From Octopus vulgaris (lineage: Eukaryota), in contig OX597814.1 of assembly GCA_951406725.2 (NCBI GenBank), forward strand, positions 22,754,001 through 22,818,000: a stretch of DNA of 64,000 nt. Direction: 5' to 3'. Shown in pieces: positions 63,782-64,000 of this stretch. The notes under the pieces were generated by a model, which saw nothing but the letters and a program-made list of their open reading frames with translations, made no database searches and was not told the origin of the DNA. The translations under genes and the position numbers were made by a program. The first letter of the stretch is position 1. Every line of letters begins with the position of its first letter.

Positions 63782-64000
63782 ATAAAATGGTAAAGAGATG
63801 TACAGTAGATTAGTAACAATAGTAATAAGTAAAAGAAATGGGAAAGAATTCTCAGAGTGTTACAGAAAGAAACTATAGAACATTATTGATAAGAAAGAAA
63901 CGTGTTATAGAATGGATTAAGAAATAAAGTGTGCTGAAAATTGAGGAATGAAAAGATAGTTACAAACTATCTTGAAGTTGTTGAGATATTTAATATACTT

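Overview
AT-rich, microsatellite-dense eukaryotic DNA. The SINE families and repeat landscape look like an octopus or other coleoid cephalopod, which is an inference. There is no intact long host CDS: nearly all tracked ORFs are microsatellite or minisatellite artefacts or decayed transposases. Transposable-element content includes many copies of about four SINE-type families (labelled A-D here), several Tc1/mariner/pogo elements including a near-complete IR/DR Tc1 at 41459-43071, a hAT MITE, CR1 and R4/Dong LINE fragments and Penelope GIY-YIG remnants. Candidate host features are a decayed multi-exon gene at ~11.8-14.5 kb (+) and the 5' exons of a long-intron gene starting at ~33.9 kb (+), which coincides with a shift to CpG-depleted DNA. 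The most notable signal is five minimal type-I hammerhead-ribozyme-like motifs from three families, all with non-canonical cores. Two of them point outward from the arms of a 1.53-kb near-perfect palindrome (26339-27867), which lies in a local cluster of fold-back inversions. All calls were made by eye; no database searches were run.
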